Notes: generated by a model from the sequence alone, not told the origin. Positions 9,610-18,816 are shown, numbered from the stretch's first letter. The stretch is DNA of 64,000 bases from an uncultured Actinomycetes bacterium (GCA_963770765.1 CAVYQS010000012.1:30333-94332), one strand, 5' to 3'. A program made the numbers and translations.

Positions 9610-10589
9610 TGTCCGACAGAGCCCTCAGGATCGCCCTGCCGGGAGCGGCCGTGCTGCTGGTCGCCGTTCTTCCCTTGCTGGTCGACGATCGGTTCCTTCT
9701 CAAGGTGTTCACGTTCGTGGGACTCAACGCCCTCGTCGTCGTGGGCCTGGCGCTGCTTTTCGGCTACGCCGGACAGGTGTCGCTCGGCCACGCGGGCTTC
9801 GTGGGCTTGGGCGCGTATACCTGCGCATTCTTGTCTGCCCGCCTCGATGCGCCGTGGCTCGTCGCCTTCGCCGCCGCCGGAGCGGTCGCGGGCGTCGGCG
9901 GTCTGCTGCTCGCCCTACCCAGCTTGCGCCTCAAAGGGCACTACCTGGCCATGGCGACGTTGGGCTTCGGAGAGCTGATGACCTTGGCGTTCGCCGAGGC
10001 TGAGCCCATCACCGGGGGAGTCAACGGGTTCACCGGCATCCCGCTTCCCACCATCGCAGGATTCGCGTTCAGAGAGCCCGATTCCCTGTACTGGCTCGTG
10101 TGGAGTGTCGTCGGTATCGCGCTCTTGCTCGCAACGAACCTGACGAGTCTCAGGCCGGGGCGGGCGATGCGCGCGATCCACGGGAGCGAGCTGGGCGCTC
10201 AGGCCGCCGGCGTCGACGTCGTGGGCGTCAAGGTCAGGGCGTTCGTCATGAGTGCCGTCCTCGCGGGCCTTTCGGGCGCTCTGTACGCAGGCACGGTGGG
10301 TTTCATCTCGCCGAGTGTCTTCACCTTGCAGGCTTCGGTCACCTTCCTCGCGATGGCGGTGATCGGCGGATCGAGCTCGCTCGCCGGCCCTGTCGCGGCT
10401 GCTGTCGTCCTCACGCTCCTGCAGTACCTTGACGCACTGGTCCCGGGCCTTCCTCGAGAGGCCGCGGCGGTGCTGCAGGAGTATCAAGCTGACATCTACG
10501 GGCTCGCGATAGTGCTCGTGGTGCTGTTCGCGCCGTCCGGCCTCGCCGGAATCGTGCGACGGCGTCTGCGCGGAGGTGAGGCCACATGA
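9609..10589 (+). CDS. livM: branched-chain-type ABC transporter permease (LivM family)
   Basis: ATG 9609 overlaps the livH stop (ATGA). Signature ALLFGYAGQVSLGHAGFVGLGAY. The Arg-rich 240 aa upstream in the ORF track is an out-of-context extension. Confidence 0.88.
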   Translation: MSDRALRIALPGAAVLLVAVLPLLVDDRFLLKVFTFVGLNALVVVGLALLFGYAGQVSLGHAGFVGLGAYTCAFLSARLDAPWLVAFAAAGAVAGVGGLLLALPSLRLKGHYLAMATLGFGELMTLAFAEAEPITGGVNGFTGIPLPTIAGFAFREPDSLYWLVWSVVGIALLLATNLTSLRPGRAMRAIHGSELGAQAAGVDVVGVKVRAFVMSAVLAGLSGALYAGTVGFISPSVFTLQASVTFLAMAVIGGSSSLAGPVAAAVVLTLLQYLDALVPGLPREAAAVLQEYQADIYGLAIVLVVLFAPSGLAGIVRRRLRGGEAT

Positions 10590-11355
10590 CGCTTCTGCGG
10601 GTGAAGGGGGTCACCAGGCGCTTTGGCGGGCTCACCGCCGTGGACAACGTCTCGTTCGACGTCCACGAGGGCACGATCAAGGCCCTTATCGGCCCGAACG
10701 GAGCCGGCAAGTCGACGCTGTTCAACTCGCTCACCGGATTCGACCGCCCCAACGAGGGCTCGGTGTTGTTCCGCGACGAGGAGACGGTCGGCCGCAAACC
10801 GCGCCACATCGTCAAGACCGGTCTGGCTCGCACGTTCCAGAACACACAGCTCTTCGACCATATGACCACGCTTGAGAACGTGATGGTCGGTGCACAGGCG
10901 CGCCAGTCCCGCGGCTTCGTCGCCGCGGCACTCAGGTTTCCCTCGGCGCTCGGGAAGACCGGAGCGCGGCCGAGGAGGCCGGGCGCTTGTTGCGCCTCAT
11001 CGGTATCGATGAGTGGTCGCACTCGCTGGCGGCCGACCTTCCTGCCGGCATCCGACGCCTCGTCGAGATAGCCCGAGCCCTCGCCACCGCTCCTCAGATG
11101 CTGCTTCTCGACGAGCCGGCCGCCGGCCTCAATGCGACGGAGACGGCGGAACTCGTTCGTACGCTGTACCGCGTTCGCGACGCCGGCATCACCGTCCTGG
11201 TGGTCGAGCACGACATGGGGCTCGTCATGGAGGTCTCCGATGAGATCGTCGTCTTGGATCGGGGCCGCAAGATCGCTGAGGGTCCGCCGCGAATGATCCA
11301 GAAGGACCCTGCGGTCATCGCCGCGTACCTCGGCGAGGAGAGCGCCGATGAGTGA
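10586..11355 (+). pseudogene. livG: ABC transporter ATP-binding protein LivG, split by an apparent 1-nt frameshift near 10949-10953
   Basis: Frame 1 (10586..) carries Walker A GPNGAGKST and runs to ...AALRFPSAL. The next frame continues REDRSAAEEAGRLLRLIGI...LLLDEPAAGLN...VVEHDM to 11355. The span is 770 nt, one short of a multiple of 3. Confidence 0.85.
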
Positions 11356-12088
11356 CCCCCTGCTGCGCGTGAGCGAACTCAAGGCGGGCTATGGCCGCAC
11401 TTCGGTCCTGCACGGTGTGAATCTCACGGTCGATCGAGGCGAGATCGTCGCCCTGATCGGCTCAAACGGCGCGGGCAAGTCGACACTGCTGAAGACCCTG
11501 GTCGGCCTGGTCCCGAGCTCCGGCGGTACCGTGGCCTTCGAGGGAGTCGAGGTCCCGAATCGTCGTCCCGAGAAGCTTGTGGCCCGTGGCGTCGCCCTCG
11601 TGCCCGAGGGCCGGCTGCTCTTCGGTCCGATGACCGTGCGCGAGAACCTCGAGCTCGGGGCGTACGGATCCCCGAGTCAGCGCGGCCCTGCGCTCAAGTC
11701 CGCGCTGACTCGGGTCAACGAGCTGTTCCCGGTGCTTGCAGAGAGGGCCTCGCAGCCGGCAGAGACTCTGTCCGGAGGCGAGCAGCAGATGCTCGCGGTG
11801 GGCAGAGCTCTGATGTCGGGTCCGCGGCTCTTGCTGCTCGACGAACCGTCGCTGGGGTTGGCCCCCAAGGTGATAGCGGAGATCTTCTCGGCGCTCGATG
11901 TGTTGAAGAGTGAAGGGGTCACCATGCTGCTTGTCGAACAAGATGCCCGGGTCGCGCTCAAGCACTCGGACCGGGGGTACGTGATGCGCACCGGTCGCGT
12001 CGTGCTGGAAGGAACTGCCACCGCGCTGCTCGCGGACGAGAACGTCCGCACCATCTATCTCGGGTCATGGAAAGGGGAGGGGGAGTGA
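11348..12088 (+). CDS. livF: ABC transporter ATP-binding protein LivF
   Basis: Walker A GSNGAGKST, signature LSGGEQQML, Walker B LLLLDEPSLGL. Overlaps the livG end by 8 nt. Confidence 0.9.
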   Translation: MSDPLLRVSELKAGYGRTSVLHGVNLTVDRGEIVALIGSNGAGKSTLLKTLVGLVPSSGGTVAFEGVEVPNRRPEKLVARGVALVPEGRLLFGPMTVRENLELGAYGSPSQRGPALKSALTRVNELFPVLAERASQPAETLSGGEQQMLAVGRALMSGPRLLLLDEPSLGLAPKVIAEIFSALDVLKSEGVTMLLVEQDARVALKHSDRGYVMRTGRVVLEGTATALLADENVRTIYLGSWKGEGE

Positions 12089-12089
12089 G

Positions 12090-13391
12090 ATGATCTGGAA
12101 CCCTGAGTATGAGTGCATGGAACGCAGTGCACTCCACGACCTGCAGTTGCGTCGGCTTCAGATGACGGTGTCGTGGGTGTACGAACGCGTCGGGCACTAC
12201 CGGGCCCAGATGGACGAGAGAGGCGTCAAGCCGCGCGACATCCGACAGCTCACCGACATCTCCAAGCTCCCGTTCACCGACAAGAACGCGCTTCGCGACA
12301 CCTACCCGTTCGGCATGTTCGCACTGCCCCTCGATGAGGTCGTCAGGATCCACAGCTCGAGCGGGACCACCGGCAAGCCGATCGTCGTCGGCTATTCCCG
12401 AGGCGACATCAACACGTGGACCGAACTCACGGCGCGTGTGGCGGCGTCTGCCGGCGTTCACAAGGGCGACCTGGTCGACATGGCCTTCCTGTACGGCATG
12501 TTCACCGGTGGATGGGGGATGCACTACGGCATCGAACGTATCGGGGCCACGATCATCCCCGCCGGCTCCGGCCAGACGGAACGTCACCTCATGATGATGT
12601 CGGACTTCGGCACGACGGTCCTGGTCTCCACTCCCAGCTACGCTCTGTACCTTGCCGAGCAGGGCGAGTCCGCCGGCGTCGACTTCTCGGCGCTCCCGCT
12701 ACGGCTCGGGTTGTTCGGCGGCGAGCCCTGCTCCGACCGACTCAAGGCCGAGATAGAGCAGAAGCTCGGAATCACCGCCACGGACAACTACGGGCTCTCC
12801 GAGGTCATGGGTCCCGGGGTCGCCGGAGAGTGCGAGTGCGGTTGTGGACTCCATCTCGCCGAGGACCACTTCCTCGCCGAGATCGTCGACCCGCGGACCG
12901 GCGAGCCGTTGCCAGCGGGAGAGGAGGGCGAGCTCGTGATCACGACGCTGACCAAAGAGGCGTTTCCCGTGTTGCGTTATCGGACCCACGACCTGAGCGT
13001 TCTCGAGCCTGCACGCTGCGAATGCGGGCGCACGCTCGCGCGCATGAGCAAGGTCCGCCAACGCACCGACGACATGCTGATCATCCGTGGCGTGAACGTG
13101 TTCCCCAGCCAGATCGAAGACGTGCTCTTCCGCATCGAGGGCGTGAGGCCCCACTACCTGATCGTGGTCGACCGGAAGCACAACCTCGACGACCTCGAGG
13201 TACGCATCGAAGTAGAAGGGGCCGTGTTTTCCGATATCATGGCTGATATGGTCGCCTTCCAGCGCAAGGTCGCCGAGAAGCTCCAGTCGGTTCTGGGGCT
13301 TCGAGCCAGGATCACCCTGGTCGAGCCGGGAGCTATCGAGCGCAGTGCCGGCAAGACGCAGCGGGTGCTCGACCACAGAGACGATACATAG
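12090..13391 (+). CDS. paaK: phenylacetate-CoA ligase family (aryl-acetate/acyl adenylate-forming enzyme)
   Basis: 433 aa. PaaK-type N-terminus MIWNPEYECMERSALHDLQLRRL, adenylation P-loop SSSGTTGKP, YGLSEV, and a C-terminal IIRGVNVFPSQIE. Starts 1 nt after the livF stop. Confidence 0.88.
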   Translation: MIWNPEYECMERSALHDLQLRRLQMTVSWVYERVGHYRAQMDERGVKPRDIRQLTDISKLPFTDKNALRDTYPFGMFALPLDEVVRIHSSSGTTGKPIVVGYSRGDINTWTELTARVAASAGVHKGDLVDMAFLYGMFTGGWGMHYGIERIGATIIPAGSGQTERHLMMMSDFGTTVLVSTPSYALYLAEQGESAGVDFSALPLRLGLFGGEPCSDRLKAEIEQKLGITATDNYGLSEVMGPGVAGECECGCGLHLAEDHFLAEIVDPRTGEPLPAGEEGELVITTLTKEAFPVLRYRTHDLSVLEPARCECGRTLARMSKVRQRTDDMLIIRGVNVFPSQIEDVLFRIEGVRPHYLIVVDRKHNLDDLEVRIEVEGAVFSDIMADMVAFQRKVAEKLQSVLGLRARITLVEPGAIERSAGKTQRVLDHRDDT

Positions 13392-13433
13392 GGGAGCACG
13401 TGGTGCTACCCCCACTGACAGAGATGGCGGGGA

Positions 13434-13985
13434 GTGAAGCCTGTGCCCGACTGGGGCGTCATCGCACTGGTAGCCGGACTCGTACTCCTTATCGGAGCGA
13501 TCGCCGCTGCTTCCTGGTTCGGCTGGCGCGCCTACGAACGTCGGCAGCTCCTGCGCCTCATCGGACGGCTGGAAGCGGTGGAGGCGGCGGCTCAGGCCCT
13601 TGTCGACGCCATTCACCGGCTCGCAGAGTCGCCCGACGACGAACTCGACGCCTTCATCGCTGACACCGAGGCGCCGGAGCGCCGGGTTCTGGCCGAAGTC
13701 CGTTCCCGCGCTCAACTGCTCAGCGACGAGCTCGACCACATGCCGCTGCCCGGTCGGCTCGTTCCGATCGCGGAAGCGATAGCCGACGCCGCGTTCGTCG
13801 TCGCTCGTGAAGCCGGCTGTGTCGGCGAAGACGACGTGGGGGACAAGGCCCTCGACGGACTGGCGGGTATCGACCTCGACGCGGTCAACGGGTATACGGC
13901 ACAGGCTCGCACCAGACTGGGTGCCATGTGCGCCGTGTGCGGGCTTGAGGATACTGCGGTCTACGGTGGAGGTCTGTACCTGTGA
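13434..13985 (+). CDS. hypothetical membrane-anchored protein
   Basis: GTG start after GGCGGGGA. One N-terminal TM helix (VIALVAGLVLLIGAIAAASWF) followed by a helical Ala/Glu/Arg-rich domain. No motif recognised. Confidence 0.55.
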   Translation: MKPVPDWGVIALVAGLVLLIGAIAAASWFGWRAYERRQLLRLIGRLEAVEAAAQALVDAIHRLAESPDDELDAFIADTEAPERRVLAEVRSRAQLLSDELDHMPLPGRLVPIAEAIADAAFVVAREAGCVGEDDVGDKALDGLAGIDLDAVNGYTAQARTRLGAMCAVCGLEDTAVYGGGLYL

Positions 13986-14404
13986 GCACGGGTGTCATGA
14001 AGTGGGTGCGTGCTGCGGTCGCTCTCGTGGTGCTCTTGTCGATCGCCCTCGTCGTTCGGGGGTGGTGGCGGGAGTACCAGAGCGCTCCACGGCCAACGCA
14101 GGAGACGACGCAGACCGCCGAGCCCGCAGAACCCGCCGAGCCGGTCACCGACCCCGCTGAGGAACCGGCGGCGGCACCGCCCGCCGCGGACTCGACTGAG
14201 CCGGTCGTCTTGATCGTCAGAACCAATGGGCTGAACTTCCGCGTGAAGCCGGATTCGACCTCTGAAGCCATCCGCGGCCTTGATGAGGGTGAGACTCTCA
14301 CCGTCATCAGCAAGGAGGGCGACTGGTATCAGGTGACGACCGAGAAGGACGAGACCGGGTGGATCACCGACAATCCCAGCTACACGAAGGTCCGGAAGCC
14401 GTGA
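13982..14404 (+). CDS. membrane-anchored SH3b (bacterial SH3) domain protein
   Basis: Start overlaps the previous stop (GTGA); ATG 13997 is an alternative. TM helix, a PAEPAEPAEP-type linker, then an SH3_3-like module LNFRVKPDSTSEAIRGLDEGETLTVISKEGDWYQVT...GWI. Confidence 0.7.
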   Translation: MSTGVMKWVRAAVALVVLLSIALVVRGWWREYQSAPRPTQETTQTAEPAEPAEPVTDPAEEPAAAPPAADSTEPVVLIVRTNGLNFRVKPDSTSEAIRGLDEGETLTVISKEGDWYQVTTEKDETGWITDNPSYTKVRKP

Positions 14405-14408
14405 CGCC

Positions 14409-14735
14409 GTGAAGATCATCGGCTCGGCCGACGAGTTCTGGCGCCTTCGCCTCACGCGTGTCGACACCACAGAAGACGTCGACTTCGAGTGGCATGACGA
14501 CGTTCTGTACCGCGAGCCCCGGACGGCCCCGGTGCGCGAACTGGAACTGTGGCATGTCGAGGCTCTCCGGCACGACGACTACGAAGTCGTCATTCGCCTG
14601 GCGACGTTCCAGGAACGCGAGCAGGCCGAGGCGTTTCTCGAGCGTGCCCGTGAAGACCTCTCGGAGATGACCAAGTCCCAGTTCGAGGCCGCATACCTCG
14701 CCGAGCCGCCCGCGCTGTCCGTGGAGGACGAGTAG
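14409..14735 (+). CDS. hypothetical small acidic protein
   Basis: 108-aa ORF starting 4 nt after the SH3 gene stop. Last plus-strand gene before the strand switch. No motif recognised. Confidence 0.5.
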   Translation: MKIIGSADEFWRLRLTRVDTTEDVDFEWHDDVLYREPRTAPVRELELWHVEALRHDDYEVVIRLATFQEREQAEAFLERAREDLSEMTKSQFEAAYLAEPPALSVEDE

Positions 14736-14793
14736 CTGCGCTCGATCTTCCCCCCATGGTAGCCACCGGCAGGGTGGTGCGGGTCCCAGACCC

Positions 14794-14821
14794 ACTTACC
14801 ATAAGATACATTATCCGCGTT
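14794..14821. other. dif: dif-like XerC/XerD chromosome dimer resolution site
   Basis: The reverse strand reads AACGCGGATAA TGTATC TTATGGTAAGT, against E. coli dif GGTGCGCATAA TGTATA TTATGTTAAAT (21/28 by hand). It is an AT-rich patch at a convergent gene junction. Confidence 0.6.
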
Positions 14822-14830
14822 CTTTGGTAG

Positions 14831-14854
14831 GGCCATCAGTCCTACTGAGAGGCC
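14831..14854 (+). terminator. possible terminator hairpin for the plus-strand operon
   Basis: GGCCaTCAGT-cct-ACTGAgaGGCC followed by TTTGG. Confidence 0.3.
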
Positions 14855-14913
14855 TTTGGCGCTCATGACACGTGTGGCGCTCGGCACACGACACGGAATC
14901 TCGGGAACAGAAG

Positions 14914-14947
14914 CGGCCCCGGACCGCGTTGTCGCAGCCCGGGGCCG
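14914..14947 (-). terminator. GC-rich hairpin downstream of the permease operon
   Basis: CGGCCCCGG / CCGGGGCCG 9-bp stem with an inner GCG-ttgt-CGC. On the minus strand it is followed by CTTCTGTT. Lies 44 nt after the uraA stop. Confidence 0.5.
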
Positions 14948-14990
14948 TCAAGGATGTGCACGTCACTCACGCGTGACGTTGGTACCGGCG

Positions 14991-16328
14991 TTACTGGGCC
15001 GCCTCAGCGGCCTCCGCCTGCATCTCACCACCGAAGTCCGGTGAGTCGATCGCCAGACCCTTGCTCTCGGGTGGCAGGATCAGGTTGAGGATCACTCCCA
15101 CCACGGTCGCGAGGGCCATACCCGGAACGGTGTACTCGCCCACGGGGATCCTGATCTCTCCCACCTCCATGCCGATGCCCAGTACAAGCACGACGCTGGA
15201 TAGGATCAGGTTGCGGCTGTGGCTGTAGTCGATTCCGCTGTCGACAAGCATCCGAAGGCCCGATGACGCGATCAGCCCGAACAGCAGGATCGACACGCCG
15301 CCCATGACCGGCGTAGGAATGCTGCCGATGAGTGCTCCCAGCTTAGGCACGAACCCGCCGATCACGAAGGCGAACGCGCCGGCGTACCAGAAGAGCTGCA
15401 CCGCATAGATGCGGGTGACCGCCATGACGCCGATGTTCTCGGCGTACGTGGTCGATGGAGTTCCGCCAACCAACGCCGAGAACGACGTGGCCAGACCGTC
15501 GCCCGCGAGCGACTGTGGCAGCAGAGGATTGAAGTCCTTACCGGTGATCTCGTTGATCACGAGCAGGTGTCCGATGTGCTCGACGATGACCACCAGCGCG
15601 ACCGGTGCGATCAGCAGGATGGCGGACAGTTCGAACTTGGCGAACGTGAGCTGGGGCAGCCCAAGCCAGGCAGCGTCGAGCACCGGCTGGAAGTTGACCA
15701 AACCGAACGGAATGGCGGCGATGTAGCCCACGATGATTCCAAGCAGGATCGGAATCGTCGCCGCAAACCCCTTGAAGTAGCTCGAGAAGGCGATACAGGC
15801 CGCGAGAGTGATCGTCGCGACCGCCGCCAGGTTCCAATCGAGACCCTGAGTCGGATCAGCGAACGGGAACAGCGACATCTTGATCGCCACCCCCGCGAGG
15901 CCCAGGCCGATGATGATGACCACCGAACCCACAAGCGCCGGCGGCAGCAGCTTATAGAGCCACTTCGTACCGAACGCCTTGATGACCGCCGCCACGACCA
16001 CGTAGACGAGTCCGGCGACCACGAGGCCACCGAGCGCGTACGGGATCTTCGCCGGGTCGGCCACGCCGTTGACGACGCCCGCCACGGCCGCGATCGGCGC
16101 GATGAAGGCGAACGACGAGCCGAGGAAGCTCGGGATCTTGCCCTTTGTCAGAATCAGGTAAAGGATCGTACCCGCTCCGGACGTCATGATCGCGACCGAC
16201 GGGTTCAGTCCCGTGAGGATCGGCACGAGTACGGTCGCACCGAACATGGCCATGAGGTGCTGGAGCGCGAGCGGGACTGCCTGGATCAACGGCAGCTTCG
16301 CATCGGTCTGGATGATGGGACGTGACAT
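14991..16328 (-). CDS. uraA: uracil permease (NCS2 family)
   Basis: 445 aa, collinear by recall with E. coli UraA: LALQHLMAMFGATVLVPILTG, KGKIPSFLGSSFAFIAP, EHIGHL, TYAENIGVMAVTR. Confidence 0.85.
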   Translation of the reverse strand: MSRPIIQTDAKLPLIQAVPLALQHLMAMFGATVLVPILTGLNPSVAIMTSGAGTILYLILTKGKIPSFLGSSFAFIAPIAAVAGVVNGVADPAKIPYALGGLVVAGLVYVVVAAVIKAFGTKWLYKLLPPALVGSVVIIIGLGLAGVAIKMSLFPFADPTQGLDWNLAAVATITLAACIAFSSYFKGFAATIPILLGIIVGYIAAIPFGLVNFQPVLDAAWLGLPQLTFAKFELSAILLIAPVALVVIVEHIGHLLVINEITGKDFNPLLPQSLAGDGLATSFSALVGGTPSTTYAENIGVMAVTRIYAVQLFWYAGAFAFVIGGFVPKLGALIGSIPTPVMGGVSILLFGLIASSGLRMLVDSGIDYSHSRNLILSSVVLVLGIGMEVGEIRIPVGEYTVPGMALATVVGVILNLILPPESKGLAIDSPDFGGEMQAEAAEAAQ

Positions 16329-16338
16329 CGCCTACCCC

Positions 16339-17773
16339 CTAGCCCGTGAAGAGAGCGAGAATCGGGGCCTGAAGGAATCCGAGCAGGAAGGCGACGGACG
16401 CGACCCACATGAGCGGATGGATGTCCTTCGCGTTGTTGTGGAACAGCTTTATGACGACGTAGCTGATGAAGCCCATGCCGATTCCCCAGCTGATGTTGTA
16501 TGTCAGCGGGATGCCCACGATCGTCAGGAAGGCCGGGAAGGCATCCTCGAGGTTCGTCCAGTGGATCTCGCGCACCGTCTTCATCATCAGGTAGCCGACG
16601 ATGATGAGCGCTCCGGCTGTGATCGGGAACGCCGTGAAGCTCGGGACCGGTACGTCTGCAGGCACCTGGAAGCCCGAACCTGCGAAGCTCGCGAAGCGCT
16701 CAGCGTTGGGGACGGGGTACCCGCCACCCACCATGCGCACGACCGGTGCGAAGAACGCCGCGACGGCGAAGAGAAGGCCCGTGACGATCGCCGTCAGACC
16801 GGTGCGACCGCCCTCTGCCACCCCGGATGCGGACTCGATGTACGTGGTGATCGAGCTTGCGCCGAACAGACCGCCGGTCGCAGCCGCTGCAGAGTCGACC
16901 AACAAGATGTTGCGGATTCCCGGGACGTTGCCGTCGGCGTCAGTGAAGCCTGCCTGCTCGCCAACGGAGATGACCGTCCCCATGGTGTCGAAGAAGTCGG
17001 AGAGCATGACCGCGAAGACCGCGAAGAGGAGCGCGGGCGTGAAGATCTGCAGTACCGCGATTCCACCCTCCACCTGCTGGAACGGAGCGAGGAAGGTGGA
17101 GAAGTCGAGTGGCCCGAATACGGCATTCGGCAACGACGTGACACCGAGCAGCAACGCCGCCACTGTCGCGACCAAGATGCCCCAGAGGATATCGCCTTTG
17201 ATCTTCAACGCCATGAACGCGAGGATCGCGAACAGGCCGACGAGGGTCACCCAGACGTAGGGACTGGTGAAGTCACCGAGCGAGACAACGGTCGCTGCGT
17301 TGGGCACGATGATGCCGCCCTCGATCAAGCCGAGCAGCGTGATGAACAGTCCGATTCCCACGCCGATGGCACGCTTCAGATCGAGCGGAATCGCGCGCAT
17401 GACCGCCTCTCGCAGACCGGAGAGAACGAGCAGCAAGGATCAGCAGACCCTCGACGAAGATGACCGACATGCCCACCTGCCACGGCACGTTGGCCTGCTG
17501 GAAACCGATGATCGAGAATGTGACCACCGCGTTCAGGCCCATGCCCGAAGCCAGCGCGAGTGGCCGGTTCGTGATGAGGCCCATCGCGAGGCACATCAGC
17601 GCCGCGCCCAACGCCGTGGCCGTGGCGGCGCCTTCGAACGGTACTCCCGCCGCCGAGAGGATCCCCGGGTTCACGAAGACGATGTAGGCCATCGTCAGGA
17701 ACGTGGTCAACCCGGCGATCACCTCGGTCTTGAGGTCCGTACCCCGCTGTTGAAACTTGAAGAAGCTCTCCAC
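16339..17773 (-). pseudogene. AzgA/PbuG-type purine (adenine/guanine/hypoxanthine) permease, split by an apparent 1-nt insertion near 17430-17440
   Basis: N-terminal frame (GTG 17773 after GGGAGGGAG): FFKFQQRGTDLKTEVIAGLTTFLTMAYIVFVNP...VFVEGLLIL. The +1 frame continues LLVLSGLREAVMRAIPLDLKRAIGVGIGLF... to 16339. The span is 1435 nt. Confidence 0.85.
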
Positions 17774-17921
17774 TGGTCTCCCTCCCGCCGCATTTCGCGG
17801 CATCCCGTCACTGCAACATCACGCCGTCGATGCCCCTTGTGCCCCGGGGCCCGCACGGTCGATTCCTCGCTTTCCGCGAGCGAACTCGGGGCAGAACGGC
17901 AGCGCCACACCGTCGCCCATC

Positions 17922-18389
17922 TCAGCCACCATCCGTGAAGACCGAGCCGAGGTAGCGTGCGCCGGGACCCTGCTCGGATTCGAGCCACGAGGCGATCGCG
18001 TCGCTGATGGGAGGCCGCATGTCGAGCGTGTGCAAGTCGGAAAGCGGCACAAGCTCGACGGCCTCCACGCGGCCGTCTTGCGGCGTCTGCGTGACCGTGC
18101 CGCCGGTCACGGTGGCCGCGAACGTGATGTTCACCAGATGCCGAGAGCCGTGTGGGTCGATCGTGTCGTTGATCAGGATCGGATCGCCGATCTCAGCCTC
18201 AAGACCCGTCTCTTCCAAGAGCTCCCGCTTCAGCGCGGCAAGAAGGGTTTCTCGGTAGTCCACTCCGCCACCCGGCAGAAGGTGATAGACGGAGTCGCCG
18301 GAGCGATGCCTCACCGTGACGAGCTTCGCGTCGAGCAGCATGAGGGCAGCGACGCGAACGCGGGGGCCTCTAGACTCCGGTGCTTCCAA
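17922..18389 (-). CDS. NUDIX hydrolase
   Basis: Nudix box [24 protein letters not shown]. Overlaps the dut 3' end by 20 nt. Confidence 0.85.
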   Translation of the reverse strand: MEAPESRGPRVRVAALMLLDAKLVTVRHRSGDSVYHLLPGGGVDYRETLLAALKRELLEETGLEAEIGDPILINDTIDPHGSRHLVNITFAATVTGGTVTQTPQDGRVEAVELVPLSDLHTLDMRPPISDAIASWLESEQGPGARYLGSVFTDGG

Positions 18390-18816
18390 AGCCCCCCTCC
18401 CCCCTCACGGTCTCATCGAGCTCATCGACCTCGTCGAGGGTGACCCGCTCGACACGCTGGATGACGAGTTGGGCGACCTTGTCCCCGCGCCTGATCTCGA
18501 CGGTGGATTCCGCGTCATGGTTTATCGCGATGAGCATGATCTCGCCGCGATAGTGGCTGTCGATGAGGCCGGGTGAGTTCACGAAGGTCAGACCATGCCT
18601 CAGCGCCAAGCCGCTCCGCGGCTGCACGAACCCTGCGAATCCATCGGGGATGGCCACGGCGACCCCGGTGCCGATCAACTCACGACGCCCGGGTGCAAGG
18701 CTCACGTCGTCGGTGGAGAACAGATCCATGCCCGCGTCACCCTCGTGAGCGTAGCTTGGCAATGGAAGCCCTTTGTCGAGACGCTGTATCGTCAGTGTCA
18801 GCTTCACGGCTTTCAC
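18370..18816 (-). CDS. dut: dUTP diphosphatase
   Basis: 148 aa. Motifs: [26 protein letters not shown], and C-terminal GEGGFGSTG. Confidence 0.92.
   Translation of the reverse strand: MKAVKLTLTIQRLDKGLPLPSYAHEGDAGMDLFSTDDVSLAPGRRELIGTGVAVAIPDGFAGFVQPRSGLALRHGLTFVNSPGLIDSHYRGEIMLIAINHDAESTVEIRRGDKVAQLVIQRVERVTLDEVDELDETVRGEGGFGSTGV

Noticed and set aside
16186-17463. 425-aa plus-strand ORF
   Set aside because: It is antisense to the two permease genes. Its extreme Arg/Asp/Glu composition is incompatible with a real protein, whereas the minus strand encodes collinear NCS2/AzgA permeases.
17774-17921. Possible purine riboswitch upstream of the AzgA-like permease
   Set aside because: There is no UAUAAU...CUACC...GACUA-type core. 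Only generic GC hairpins are present.
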